DNA of 64,000 bases from Magallana gigas. Its lineage: Eukaryota. The stretch spans positions 12,834,001-12,898,000 of the forward strand of contig NC_088858.1 in assembly GCF_963853765.1 (NCBI RefSeq), written 5' to 3'. Shown here one piece after another: positions 62,454-64,000 of the stretch. The first letter of the stretch is position 1. Each line of letters begins with the position of its first letter. Position numbers and translations under genes: made by a program. The notes under the pieces were generated by a model, which saw nothing but the letters and a program-made list of their open reading frames with translations, had not been told where the DNA came from and searched no databases.

Positions 62454-63679
62454 TGTAACGGGATGAGCGGAGGCTACTCCAAACAACAACAAGACATCTT
62501 AAATTTAACAAAATTTAATAACAAAAAAAAATAAGAGAAAGAAAGAAAAGATAGAAATATAAACACTAAACCACACAAACACTCACACACCTTTCACTCA
62601 ACAAGAAAAAATATGATGTTTATACAAATGACCAAAAATAAATTAGAAGAGTGTCCGAATCTCCGGGGCTGTAGTCCTGGACCAACTACGGACAACCACA
62701 ACTAGAGTAGTTTCGTCACCACAATCATCATCATCACCATCGCCATCATAATCATCGACACTATCGTCAACATCATCAACTACAACACCATAATCATAAT
62801 AGACATCATCGTCATCACCATAATCATCTACTTCATAATCATCACCGACGTCACCATGAACGACATCATCTACATCATCTTCATCGACATGACCATCATC
62901 ATCGTCGTCGTCATCATCACCATAACATCATCTTCTCAACATCAACAATATGACACTACAATAAGTGTACAAGTGACACCATAACACCATAATAAAAACA
63001 ATATTGTATAATACATCATATAAGTATCTCACTGATAGTATCAAACTATGATAATGTATAAATAGTATTATATTAAAGGCAACATCTCAAAATATTGTAA
63101 GTATATGGTAACTAAGTTATTTGTTTACAGTAAACAATATGGCGTCTGAGACTTCCGGTGACGCACTTCCGCCCAAGTAGTTAAGTGGAAAAAGTGACAA
63201 TAAATTGTAAAATAAAATAACGCATAGAAAATAGCCCTTTAAATCACCGTTTCTTTATACAGCTATAGCAAAAACTGTACTATAGAAAAAGACGAATTCC
63301 ATTTAAACACTCTCGCTAAAGTCACACATCAGTGAACACACAGGTAACTCTACAGTGAACAATGGTCAAGGTGACTTTATAGGACGACTGCGTAATACTA
63401 ATAAAAAGGCAAAAATTTACAAATAAACTACACCAAACTAAATAAATACTTACCACGGTCAGCTATCCGTGTCCGCGTCAAATGCTGAACTTGTGAAACT
63501 AAAACATGCCACACAGGCTTCTAACACGATACCCCCTTCACACACTAAGCACGTCTTAATTGCTGGACAGCTCGGCCGGGTATAACTTAGCGCCTATTGT
63601 TAGCGTCGGCCAAGCACGTTGCAAAGAATTATGGGAAAAATAAAATCGGGTGTGTTCGATATGAACAGTGATTGTCACA
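62454..63679 (-). repeat. 5' LTR (1226 bp)
   Basis: Differs from the 3' LTR by a 2-nt and a 9-nt indel and at least one substitution (AGCAATAGC vs AGCTATAGC). Confidence 0.97.
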
Positions 63680-63840
63680 GTTACCTACAATATAAAAAAA
63701 AGCAGACCTAATTATTTTTACATTTAAACTGATTTTAAAGATATTAATACACAATTAACAATGCAGGTCATGTTAATCAGGCCGATCAGTAAAAAATGAT
63801 TTTTTTTAATCTGACGGTATTTCTCTGTTCATAACACACT

Positions 63841-64000
63841 AATCTGTTTTGATATTGCTGTGTGTTATCAATTGTTTTTAACGACCTGGGCTACTGACCA
63901 GCTTTTAAACCGATTTCTGTCCCCCGGATTTTCCACAGGAACCACAGCTGCTGGCGGCTTTGGCGTGGTGGTGCTTACACGACTTGTTCTTGCACTGCAG
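63841..64000 (-). CDS. Possible 3' coding end of a gene running off the window
   Basis: GC-richer open frame CSARTSRVSTTTPKPPAAVVPVENPGDRNRFKSW...TD*; no recognisable domain. Confidence 0.25.

Larger units (their letters stand above)
57225..63679 (-). mobile_element. Ty3/Gypsy LTR retrotransposon, Gmr1-type domain order, defective
   Basis: Two LTRs bounded TGT..ACA, 5-bp TSD GTTAC (57220-57224 and 63680-63684), PBS, PPT, and gag-PR-(partial INT)-RT-RH on the minus strand. Confidence 0.97.

Overview
Eukaryotic, AT-rich, intron-rich animal DNA. The repeat landscape (HINE/Helentron-type elements, TTAA/TA MITEs) looks like a bivalve such as an oyster; this is an inference. Host genes reconstructed by hand-splicing: WDHD1/AND-1 (+, 2437-16406), a small single-pass membrane protein (-, 16801-17679), MRPL14 (+), an LRRC74-like gene (-), an astacin-EGF-CUB metalloprotease (+) and POLD2 (+, 45904-54904). 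The right end holds a young but defective Gmr1-type Ty3/Gypsy LTR retrotransposon (57225-63679), and there are many MITEs and SINEs. The key finding is a two-gene cassette at 39956-44845 that the ORF track fragments. One gene is an intact 11-exon, ~663-aa RAG1-core/Transib-like DDE transposase with all catalytic and Zn ligands, an internal SAP domain and an N-terminal FRPW motif. It lies tail-to-tail with, and overlaps, a 4-exon ~278-aa chromodomain protein gene whose 5' end abuts the E2F/CRE promoter of POLD2. The layout parallels RAG1-RAG2 (transposase plus convergent histone-reader partner), but with a chromodomain protein in place of kelch-PHD RAG2. I found no TIRs or TSD, so mobile versus domesticated status is unresolved. 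All exon models are manual and no database searches were run.
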